Shown here: piece by piece, positions 19,392-28,000 of the stretch
How the letters are laid out: each line of letters starts with the position of its first letter
Position numbering within the stretch: the first letter of the stretch is position 1
NCBI GenBank assembly: GCA_001816585.1
Contig: MHCJ01000003.1
Span: forward strand, 522,681 to 586,680
Length of the DNA stretch: 64,000 nucleotides
Direction: 5' to 3'
From: Candidatus Chisholmbacteria bacterium RIFCSPHIGHO2_01_FULL_52_32
Lineage (GTDB): Bacteria; Patescibacteriota; Microgenomatia; UBA1400; Chisholmbacteraceae
Translations under genes and position numbers: made by a program
Notes under the pieces: model-generated
The model's database searches: none
Seen by the model: the letters and a program-made list of their open reading frames with translations, nothing else
Told to the model about the DNA's origin: nothing

Positions 19392-20381
19392 TTAAAACGA
19401 GGGGAGGTAGGCGGCCCGAAATCCCGGAGTAAAACGGGCCATCAGGCTTGACACCGGGTTCACCATGGTTTCGATTCTTCCCAGCAGGACGTCCAGCGCG
19501 GACTGGGTCCTGTAGCGGACGATCTTAACTTCCGTAAGGTTCTGAAGCTTTTTGGCCTCCTCCACGCCATCCTCGACCGATCCGAGGCCATCAATCAAGC
19601 GAAGTTCAAGCGCTTTATTCCCTGAGTAGATCTGCCCCTGGGCTAAACCATGCACGACGGTTTTATCCATGTTCCTTCCTTCGGAGACGCGGGAGACAAA
19701 CATGTCGTACGCGGTGTCGATGTACTCCTGGATAAGCTTTTTTTCCTCATCGGTCCTTCCTCTTGCGAATGAGGAGAAATCCTTGAATTTCCCGGATTTG
19801 TAGACCTCGACACTGACGCCGACTTTCTTTAATAACTCCTCGATGTTTGTGATCTCGGAGATTACGCCGATTGATCCGGTGAGGGTGGCGGGACTCGCTA
19901 TGATCCGGTCAGCCGCCACCGCAATATAGTAGGCGCCGGAGGTTGCGGTGTCTTCCATGACGACCACCACACTTTTCCCCGAGGCTCGAAAGGTTTTCAT
20001 CGCCTTGTAAATCTCATCCGCGGCAACCGGTGAGCCGCCCGGAGAGTTGAGTTCAATGACAACGGCTTTGACTTGGTCATCTTTGAGGATTTCCCGAAGC
20101 CAACGTTTTACCTCCCCCGGGGTAATGACGGTCGATGAGGCAAAGAAGTCTTCCGGACCGGAGGAAAGAATCAGCCCTTCCATACGGATAATCCCGATTT
20201 TGGCTTCTTCCTCTTCTCCGGAAATGACATCTTCAGAGAGGGAATTCTCTTGGATCCTGGCAAAAAATCCGGATACTGCGCCCACGGAAAACGCAGCTAC
20301 TGCCGTCACACCAAGAAACATGAGAACGACTGTGATAATAATGAACCGTTTTAGCCAAATCTTCATTGCAATTCCCATCAT
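19392..20381 (-). CDS. sppA: signal peptide peptidase SppA (S49 family, 36K type)
   Basis: ClpP/crotonase-fold motifs ...MEDTATSGAYYIAVAADRIIASPATLTGSIGV. Confidence 0.8.
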   Translation of the reverse strand: MMGIAMKIWLKRFIIITVVLMFLGVTAVAAFSVGAVSGFFARIQENSLSEDVISGEEEEAKIGIIRMEGLILSSGPEDFFASSTVITPGEVKRWLREILKDDQVKAVVIELNSPGGSPVAADEIYKAMKTFRASGKSVVVVMEDTATSGAYYIAVAADRIIASPATLTGSIGVISEITNIEELLKKVGVSVEVYKSGKFKDFSSFARGRTDEEKKLIQEYIDTAYDMFVSRVSEGRNMDKTVVHGLAQGQIYSGNKALELRLIDGLGSVEDGVEEAKKLQNLTEVKIVRYRTQSALDVLLGRIETMVNPVSSLMARFTPGFRAAYLPSF

Positions 20382-20405
20382 AGCAGGGAGAGAGAGAAGG
20401 GTCTA

Positions 20406-20478
20406 GGGGATAGGGTTTAGGGTTTAGGGTTTAGAAATTTAGATTAAAGACTTATCACTTATTCCTTATTCCTTACTC
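20406..20478 (+). repeat. ~75-bp composite repeat, copy 1: (TTTAGGG)3-like tract + TTAGATTAAAGACTTATCACTTATTCCTTATTCC; carries the probable rtcB promoter (-10 TATAAT at about 20470)
   Basis: Direct repeat of 21906-22027, which lies on the other side of rtcB. Confidence 0.7.
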
Positions 20479-20493
20479 CTCTATAATAATAGT

Positions 20494-21915
20494 ATGTCAG
20501 ATGTTGCCTTCGAGAAGATTGATGTCAATGCCTATCGCCTCAAGCGTTTACCCGGAATGCAGGCGGATGCGGTATTCTATGCCAAGGAAGAGATGTTGCC
20601 CCAAGTGACGAAAGATCGCTCCCTCCTGCAGCTTATGCAAACCGCGATGCTTCCGAGGCTTCTTTCCCCTGTCGTTGCCATGCCCGATATGCATGAGGGG
20701 TATGGGATTCCGGTCGGGGGGATTATGGTCGGCGACGGGTTGGTTTCTGCCGGGTGTGTGGGGATGGATATCAATTGCGGGGTGCGTTTACTGACGACCG
20801 GCCTTGAGTACGATCCGAAAATCTTCAGCAGAGAAGTCTTGCTTGAGCTGGTGCTGATACTTGAACGGGCCATCCCGATTGGTTTGGGCGGTGAGTACAC
20901 GAGCGAGCACTCCCACCTGGCTTTGGATAAGATCGTCTTTGACGGAGTGAAACACCTGGCGAGCGCCGGGTATGCCACGGACGAGGATATCGAACATACC
21001 GAAGAAGAGGGCCGGATCACAGGTGCTGCCGTTATCGCGCTTTCCGATCGCGCTCTAAAGCGGGCCAGACTTCAACTCGGAACTTTGGGAAGCGGGAACC
21101 ACTTCATGGAGCTTGAGCGGGTTTCCCACATTTTCGAACCGGAGATTGCAAAAACCTTCGGTCTTCACGAGAACCAACTCTGTTTTATGATCCATTCCGG
21201 AAGCCGGGCTTTGGGGCACCAGACTTGCCTGGATTATGTGGGGAAGTTCTTCCCCAAAGAGCACGAGTGGGGTATTGAGGTACCCAACAGGGAACTGGCT
21301 TCCCTTCCGGTTGAGACCAAGGAAGGAGCGGATTACCTTTCTGCCATGCACGGGGCGATCAATTTCGCATTCGCGAACCGCCAGATGATGACCCATAAGT
21401 TCCGTTCGATGTTTACCGGGTTTATGAAATCAAAGGGAATTGCCGCGGATGTGCGGCTGGTCTATGACGTTGCCCACAACAGCGCCAAGTGGGAGATGCA
21501 CCGTGACAAGCGGGTCTTGGTCCATCGCAAAGGCGCAACCCGGGCATTACCCGCCGGACATCCGGATAACCCAAAGCAGTTTGCAAGGACCGGGCATCCC
21601 GCCTTTGTCCCCGGCAACATGGCGACGGGTTCGTACGTACTGGTCGGAACGCCGGAGGCGGTTAAGACCTACTACTCCGTTAATCACGGCGCGGGGCGGG
21701 CGATGAGCCGGACGGAGGCAAAACAGACGATCTCAAAACAGGAATTCGAGAAGGAGATGGGTGAGGTTGTCTACAACAAACCGTTCCGCGTGATAAGCGA
21801 CGAAGCGCCGGCGGCGTACAAGGATTTGGATTTGGTGATCCGGACGCTTGAGGAAGCCGGCATTACCAAGCGTGTCGCCCGCCTCGTGCCTCTGGCGGTG
21901 ATTAAGGGGGATTAG
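20494..21915 (+). CDS. rtcB: RNA 3'-phosphate/2',3'-cyclic phosphate ligase RtcB
   Basis: DINCGVRLL, GSGNHFMEL, HNSAKWE, NHGAGR metal/GTP-binding motifs; 473 aa. Confidence 0.9.
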   Translation: MSDVAFEKIDVNAYRLKRLPGMQADAVFYAKEEMLPQVTKDRSLLQLMQTAMLPRLLSPVVAMPDMHEGYGIPVGGIMVGDGLVSAGCVGMDINCGVRLLTTGLEYDPKIFSREVLLELVLILERAIPIGLGGEYTSEHSHLALDKIVFDGVKHLASAGYATDEDIEHTEEEGRITGAAVIALSDRALKRARLQLGTLGSGNHFMELERVSHIFEPEIAKTFGLHENQLCFMIHSGSRALGHQTCLDYVGKFFPKEHEWGIEVPNRELASLPVETKEGADYLSAMHGAINFAFANRQMMTHKFRSMFTGFMKSKGIAADVRLVYDVAHNSAKWEMHRDKRVLVHRKGATRALPAGHPDNPKQFARTGHPAFVPGNMATGSYVLVGTPEAVKTYYSVNHGAGRAMSRTEAKQTISKQEFEKEMGEVVYNKPFRVISDEAPAAYKDLDLVIRTLEEAGITKRVARLVPLAVIKGD

Positions 21916-22027
21916 GGAAATAGGGTATAGGGTTTAGGGTTTGGAGTTTAGCCCTTCGACTGCGCTCAGGACAAGGGTTTAGGAATTAAGATTAAAGACT
22001 TATCACTTATTCCTTATTCTTTAATCC
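21906..22027 (+). repeat. composite repeat, copy 2 (TTTAGGG-like tract + inserted type-E motif + TTAAGATTAAAGACTTATCACTTATTCCTTATTC)
   Basis: Same modules and orientation as 20406-20478. Confidence 0.7.
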
Positions 22028-22030
22028 TCT

Positions 22031-22297
22031 TCAATACCCGATCAGGCTTATGACCATCAGGGAGCCGATCGCGGCGACCAGGAGGTATTCGAAGATGATC
22101 TCGATCGTCAGGTAATGGGAAAGTTTGTGGTGGACGATTCCCCAAATGGCGTAGGAAACCGCGGTCAGAAAGATCACGTACGCTTGGGCAATTTGGTTGA
22201 ACCGATAGTAGAGGAAGAGCGAAAATCCTGCTCCGATGATCGAGACAAGTGCGACATAATGGCTGTAGTGGGGGGGGTGTTTTCTGTCCGGCATCAT
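22031..22297 (-). CDS. small membrane protein (3 TM helices)
   Basis: Hydrophobic 88-aa ORF. Preferred over the overlapping Pro/Arg-rich 22014..22322 frame. Confidence 0.4.
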   Translation of the reverse strand: MMPDRKHPPHYSHYVALVSIIGAGFSLFLYYRFNQIAQAYVIFLTAVSYAIWGIVHHKLSHYLTIEIIFEYLLVAAIGSLMVISLIGY

Positions 22298-23292
22298 AGA
22301 ATCTTTCCTCCGGCGAACTCAAGCATCATCAGGCCCGCAGCGCCAAGGAACATCAGGTGTGCCCAATTTTTTCCGACAAGCCGGACCGTTCTTCGCCGGT
22401 GGGCTATAGCCCAGTCTACCACCAAGGTCCCAAGAATAAGCGCAACCAGCATCAAGCCGAAGGTTTGGGTCACTTGGTTTGGAGAAATCAGCCGCTGGGA
22501 ACGATCCGATTGCATACTGCCTTCGAAAATCGAGGTTCCGGCGAATTGGGGGGTGACTAATTTTGGACTTGTATTCCTGAAGAACGGAACTTCCTCAAGG
22601 CCAGGTTGGGTTTGGACAACAGGTACTTCCTTCGTGACCACGGTTTCTGTTTCTTTTACCGGCGGTGTCACCGGTGCAGTTTCTCTTGGTCTCTGGGCAA
22701 TGGGTGCGGCAATCGGTGATCCGAACATCTGGACAACAAGGCGGGTTTCCACTCCCAAGAGGGTGCCGTCGACCACCGCAACGCCAATATCGCGGTAGTT
22801 TCCGCTTAATATATTCTCTTTGTGGGTCGGGGACGCCATCCAGGCATCCATGAGCAATGAAGTCTCGGAGAAGTCCCGCGCGAGGTTTTCGCCGGCATAG
22901 CGGTAGCGGTAGCCGGTTTGTTTAATAAATGCCCAAGGCTCGGTCCCTGTCGGAGACACATGTGCCCAGTAGTTCTCGGTGAACATGTCGGCTGCTTTTG
23001 CATACGCGGCTTGGGAGAGTTGCGGGTTTTGCGTCAGGGGCGACAGACCGACCTTGGCGCGTTCGTCGTTGGTCCTCTTGATGACTTCATCAATGGTAAC
23101 CGAGGAGGAAAAACCTAAGACGAGTCCGGGGATGTAGGAAACCAAGGAACGGAGGGAGTTTAGGACCAAAAACGACGCAACCAGAACCGACAACCCGGCA
23201 GGGTGGAGGATGCGGGGACGTTGGTTGTTACTTTTTCTTGGAAGAAATACGTGGGAGAACCATTCCCCCACTTTTTCCCGGACAGGGTTCAT
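22294..23292 (-). CDS. CAP/SCP/PR-1 domain protein, membrane-anchored
   Basis: C-terminal CAP domain (YWAHVSP...YAGENLA...HKENIL...IGVAVV); N-terminal TM helix. Confidence 0.7.
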   Translation of the reverse strand: MNPVREKVGEWFSHVFLPRKSNNQRPRILHPAGLSVLVASFLVLNSLRSLVSYIPGLVLGFSSSVTIDEVIKRTNDERAKVGLSPLTQNPQLSQAAYAKAADMFTENYWAHVSPTGTEPWAFIKQTGYRYRYAGENLARDFSETSLLMDAWMASPTHKENILSGNYRDIGVAVVDGTLLGVETRLVVQMFGSPIAAPIAQRPRETAPVTPPVKETETVVTKEVPVVQTQPGLEEVPFFRNTSPKLVTPQFAGTSIFEGSMQSDRSQRLISPNQVTQTFGLMLVALILGTLVVDWAIAHRRRTVRLVGKNWAHLMFLGAAGLMMLEFAGGKIL

Positions 23293-23401
23293 TTTTCCAC
23301 CTCATCCTATTATGTCAGTTTACCCTTGGCGCTTCAACCGGTTTCTGCTCTTTTTAGAGTTTGGCTTCAGCCCTTTTTCGGTAATCTTTGATACAGGTTA
23401 T

Positions 23402-23422
23402 TATACTATATCCTATAGTATA
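23402..23422. promoter_or_regulatory. perfect palindrome TATACTATA-TCC-TATAGTATA upstream of the CAP-domain gene (candidate operator)
   Basis: 9-bp inverted arms. A related palindrome GATACTAT-TTT-ATAGTATC lies at 57125-57143, upstream of the repeat-protein/sortase-3 operon. Confidence 0.4.
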
Positions 23423-23481
23423 GTCAACCTGGCATGGGAAATGAGGGAAAATGCCCTTGGGGTGGTTTCTGGCACCAGCTT

Positions 23482-24093
23482 TTAAATCCCCTCAAGCTGT
23501 CCTCTGACAATCAAACGCTTGAAGGTGGTTCCCGGCGGCCAACAGGTCATGAGGGTGAGGGTCGGTTCCGGCGATGCACCGGAAAGATAGGAAACGTCGC
23601 TTGAAGCCACGATTCTTTTGTCCGTGATCCGGTATGTATAGAGCTCTTCCCGGTACGCCAGGATGATTTCGTCCCCTTGTTCCATTTTGCTTAAGAGGTA
23701 AAAAACCGAGTTGTAGCGGCTGGCTTCGAAGAAATTTGCGGACGAGTGAGAAAAGATGAAGATATTACCCGGCTGGCCGGGAAATGCCGTTCCTTTGGCA
23801 TGGGCCACTCCTTCGGTAAGGGCGCGTTGATATACTTTCGCGTCGTACGGATCGACGTTTGCGACCACCTTCGCATTGGCACCTATTTTGGGGATGACGA
23901 TGCCAAATTCCTTGTCAACGGGAAGCAGGCTGTCCGGCTTTTCCCCGCTAAGAGAGACCTGTCTCAGACTGGATTGCGGTTTGAGCCGATACGAGATTTC
24001 TTGGGAAACTACAGGGTAGAACGTGAGGGCGGCAATTGCGATAGCTCCTACAAGGAGGCAAATTCCAACGAGGGTCAGGACAGTCGAGCGCAT
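23482..24093 (-). CDS. sortase family transpeptidase (sortase 1)
   Basis: N-terminal TM helix, His in FIFSHSS, TLxTC-type motif LTLMTC. Start placed at the Met of MRSTVL. Confidence 0.7.
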   Translation of the reverse strand: MRSTVLTLVGICLLVGAIAIAALTFYPVVSQEISYRLKPQSSLRQVSLSGEKPDSLLPVDKEFGIVIPKIGANAKVVANVDPYDAKVYQRALTEGVAHAKGTAFPGQPGNIFIFSHSSANFFEASRYNSVFYLLSKMEQGDEIILAYREELYTYRITDKRIVASSDVSYLSGASPEPTLTLMTCWPPGTTFKRLIVRGQLEGI

Positions 24094-24094
24094 C

Positions 24095-25057
24095 TTATTC
24101 CCTTGGTTGTTTTCTTCGGAAGAGGATCGTGCCGCCGCCAACGAGAATGAGAAGGATACCGGCAACAATCGGCCACTGTGCGGCTTTCAAGGCGCTTAAG
24201 AATCCTGGCGTAGTGGGAGTAGGCGAAGGAGCGGCTTCACCTAAGACTATTCCCTCTGAGGATTCTTCGTTCGGTAGTTGGAGCTCTTCCTTCGGTTCTT
24301 CGACGGCCGTGCCGCTTGCGATCGATCCGCCGGTTCCTGCCGGAATTGCCCCTGTGGTCGGGGTCGCCTGGATAATGGTAATGGATGTCGTATCTCCGAC
24401 CGCATCGGATCCGTTGCCCGCATCATTGAAGGCGCGGACGGCATAGTAGTAGGTCTTATTGCACTCCGGCACGGTGTCCAGATGCGAGCCTTCCTGGTTT
24501 GAACCGATGGTGACCGTCGCAATCCTCGTACCGGAATCTGCGTTGAAGCTTGTCTGATCGGAGCGGTAGACCTCGACTTTGACCGTCTTGCCGGCGTCGT
24601 CCGCAGTCTTAAATTTAATATTGTATTGGCACGTTGAGGGATGATCTTTCCCATAATACGTGGGTGTCCCCGGGCCTCCAGCTTTGTAATCGACAGAGAC
24701 GGTCGCGGATTGGACTGTTTCTGCTTCGGCTGAGGCGATTACATAATACTGGTAGGTGCCCTCGGCGCTTACCAAACTCGAGGTGACGCTGCAGGTTCCC
24801 GAACCACCGCCTGAAGGAAGGTTTTTGTCCGAATCAAAGATAGAAAATCCTCCCTCGCTGGGCGTCTTTTTATAACAGCGGACCACAACCGGGCGGTTTT
24901 GGATGTCGAGTGCGACAAAGGTAATAGTGTAGTCCCGCTGGTTTTCCGGTGTCTTGGGCTTTTCGAGCACCGCTGAAAGACCCGCAGCGTACACCGCCCC
25001 TTCAGTGAGAATTGCGAAGGCGAGTACCGATAGTGCAACTTTCACGATTTTATTCAT
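24095..25057 (-). CDS. secreted protein with a C-terminal TM helix and basic tail (candidate sortase substrate with a non-canonical sorting motif)
   Basis: Signal peptide; C-terminus ...TPGFLSALKAAQWPIVAGILLILVGGGTILFRRKQPRE. Confidence 0.5.
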   Translation of the reverse strand: MNKIVKVALSVLAFAILTEGAVYAAGLSAVLEKPKTPENQRDYTITFVALDIQNRPVVVRCYKKTPSEGGFSIFDSDKNLPSGGGSGTCSVTSSLVSAEGTYQYYVIASAEAETVQSATVSVDYKAGGPGTPTYYGKDHPSTCQYNIKFKTADDAGKTVKVEVYRSDQTSFNADSGTRIATVTIGSNQEGSHLDTVPECNKTYYYAVRAFNDAGNGSDAVGDTTSITIIQATPTTGAIPAGTGGSIASGTAVEEPKEELQLPNEESSEGIVLGEAAPSPTPTTPGFLSALKAAQWPIVAGILLILVGGGTILFRRKQPRE

Positions 25058-28000
25058 GTTTGTTTCTCTCCTTCACTCCGAGTGATACCAGGCCAATACC
25101 AAAGATCATCATCAGCGAGGCAAGGATAAGCCAAAGATTTTGAGCACCGGTTGCAGGCAGGGCGGTTGCAGCACCCAAGACCTGGTTTATCACGTTGTAC
25201 GAGGCTCCCGGCTGATTGTCTTTTTTGACTTCAACTTCGGTTCCGACGAAATTGGTATCGAGGTATCCGGGATCAACAGCCAGGGCGAGTAAAGCACCGG
25301 GATCGGTCGAAAGACAGTCGATATCCTTCTGGCAACCAAAAGCGTAGGCGAGATCGCCGTAGGTCCCGGCAAGTTGGGTATCGCTGATTTTTGCCTGGAA
25401 GGAAAGGAGTACCGTTTCTAAGGCCGTCATATCCCCCAGCTGCCAGACGCCTGGGCTTGCGTAGACCGGCTCCGGGGTTACGCCTCCCTCCTTGAGATCA
25501 CCCCGTTCGTTTGAAAGAGCGGTCCATGATCCGCCAACGTACGAGAATCCTTCGGGAAGAAGATCGGTTACCTGGACGTTGAAAATGGTCCGTCGGTTGG
25601 GGTTATAGATCGTGAGGGTGTATATTACCGTATCGCCCGGGCCCTTGGCTCCGGAGGCGTCGTTGACCTTTGAGATCTGAAACTCTGTCGGTAATTGTTG
25701 GTTTCCGAAGTTGTTGCCGAGGTCGTTTTCTCCCGACTCAAGCGTTACTGCATGACAGCTTGGTTCCGTGGGATAGGTCTGTTCCCAGCCTTCTTGCGGT
25801 ACTTCGCAGATAAAGTAGTCACCGGCATCGATGTTTTCGAAGAGGTAGTTTCCATTTTGATCCGTTACTGCGTCATCGCCGACCTGGTCACCAAGGTCCC
25901 CATCTTCATCTAGGAAGAGCTGGACGTGCCAGCCTGCAAGCCCCGGTTCCTCGCCAAGCTCTCCATTCCCGTCTTCATCGTTCCATTTCTTGCCGGCGAT
26001 TGTACCCGGCTGGTCGTCGTTTTCGATAGTGCAGGTCTTGTTCTCGCCTTCGGCCAAGGTGACGGAACCGTCTTCGTTACAGTCGCCGCCCCAGCTTCCG
26101 GCGGTGTAGCCGCTTAGTTCGGATTCACTGGCGGTATAGGAACCGACATTGAGCGTCTGGGGGATTCCCCAAGGAATGGGACTGGCGTCAATGGAGGCTT
26201 GGAAGTCATCCGCGCTTGCATTCCCTCCATTATCATTCACAACGGTCTTCTCCAAAGTCAGGGTGGGGGCGATATCGTCGTTTTCGATGGTGCAGCTTTT
26301 CTCATCTCCTACAGCGAGCGTTACACTTCCCTGGGCGTCACAATCCCCACTGATCGCCATTGTGTAGCCTGCATCTTGGGTTTCACTGACGGTGTAGGCC
26401 CCGGCGTCGAATCCATTCTGTACTCCGCTTGTTACCGGGGTCTGATCGACGAAGAGCGGGAAGTCGCCGACTTGTTTTGTGCCGCCGTTGTCGGTCACAA
26501 CCACTTTCGTCACAGTCAATTTCGGCTGGACATCGTCATTGGTGATGGTGCAGGTGATGTCTTCCCCTTCATCGAGGGTGACTGTTCCTCCGAGTTGGGA
26601 CGGACACTTCTCATCCCCGGTGAGGGAGATAAAGGTGTATCCGGTGAGCCCTGCTTCATTGATCGCAATTGGAGTGTTGGCATTAACTGCGGCGACTTGG
26701 CCAGAAGTGACTCCGCCGCCATCAACGGTCAAGCCAAAATCGTTCTCACTAGCAGTACCGCCATTATCATTGATCACTTCTTTTACGAGCGTAATTGTTG
26801 GTGCAATATCATCGTTTGTGATTGTGCATGTCTTGGATTCACCGGGTAAAAGTGTGACATTCCCCTGGGAATCACAATCATCTCCCCACCCTGAGGCAGA
26901 ATAGCCAGAGACAGCATCTTCGCTTACCGTGTAGGAGCCGGCTGCAACTGTATGGGCTCCCCAGCTTGATACTTGTCCGTTTATGTAGACTGCAAAGTTG
27001 ATTTCAGTTTCATTTCCACCGTTGTCATTGGGGAGAGTTTTGACAAGCGTGAGCGTTGCGGGCTGGTCATCGTTGGTGATCTCGCAGGTTTTTTGGTCCC
27101 CAGGCAGAAGAATCACATTTCCGCTTGCATCGCAGTCACCTCCCCAGTTACCGGCAGTATAGCCGCCCAGTGTATCTTCGCTGACAATATATGATCCTGC
27201 ATTAAGGAGGTGTGATCCCCAGCTTGCCTGATTCCCGTCGATGTAGACTGTAAAATTATTTTCAGTTGCTGTACCACCGTCGTCATTTGGAAGATTTTTT
27301 ACAAGTGTTAAGCTTGCCTGTTGATCGTCATTGGTGATCGTGCATGTAGCGGTCCCGCCGTTTGATACCTCTACTTGACTGCAATTGTCATAGGTTGTGC
27401 TGTATCCGGTGACAGATGGCTCGGTGATGGTGTATGTTCCGGCATCAACGGTCAGATCGTTCTGGCCGTCCGCTTCAAAGGGGACCGCGCCACCGCCATT
27501 GACTTGGAAAGAAAAGTCTTCAGCTTCGAGCGTGCCGCCGTTGTCGTTCGTAACGACCTTCTTAACGATGAGTATGCCCGGCTGGTCGTCGTTCGTCAGG
27601 GTACAGGTTACTTCCTGGCCTGCGACGACGGTGACATTTCCTTGGCTATCGCAATTGCCGCTGAAACCGGAGAATGTATATCCGGGTGGGAGTGTGTCTT
27701 CGCTGACCGCATAGGTTCCACCGGTAAGTGTGTACACTGTCCCGGTCGAAGAACCTGCTTGCGGACTGCCCGAAATATCCACTCCTCCGCTTTTGACGTG
27801 AAGGGTGAATGCCGAAGAAGAAGTTTGTCCTCCGTCATCGTTGACGACGCTTTTTATCACCCGGAGCGTTCCTTGCTGGATAACGGCTGTATCTTCGGAA
27901 TCGGAATTATTAGTCGAGTTGGTATCGGTACTTACCGCCGTATCTAAGGTGACCGCAGCCGAATTGGTAACGGAAACCTGGCCTGTAGTTAAGGTGCCGA

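Noticed and set aside
20406-20433. (TTTAGGG)n tract as a telomere or linear-replicon end
   Set aside because: Only 3-4 units, internal to the contig, present twice as part of a longer composite direct repeat flanking rtcB. It is simply one module of the mosaic intergenic repeats.
21952-21975. Type-E motif (AGCCC-TTCGACT-GCGCT) as a tRNA T-arm remnant / tRNA-derived SINE
   Set aside because: The TTCGACT loop matches the T-loop consensus, but the flanking 5-mers are not complementary (the same mismatches recur in all copies), and there is no acceptor stem, CCA end or D/anticodon arms. No tRNA gene was detected anywhere in the window.
22014-22322. 102-aa Pro/Arg-rich ORF
   Set aside because: It overlaps the hydrophobic 22031..22297 ORF in another frame on the same strand, its composition is low-complexity, and the membrane-protein frame is more plausible.
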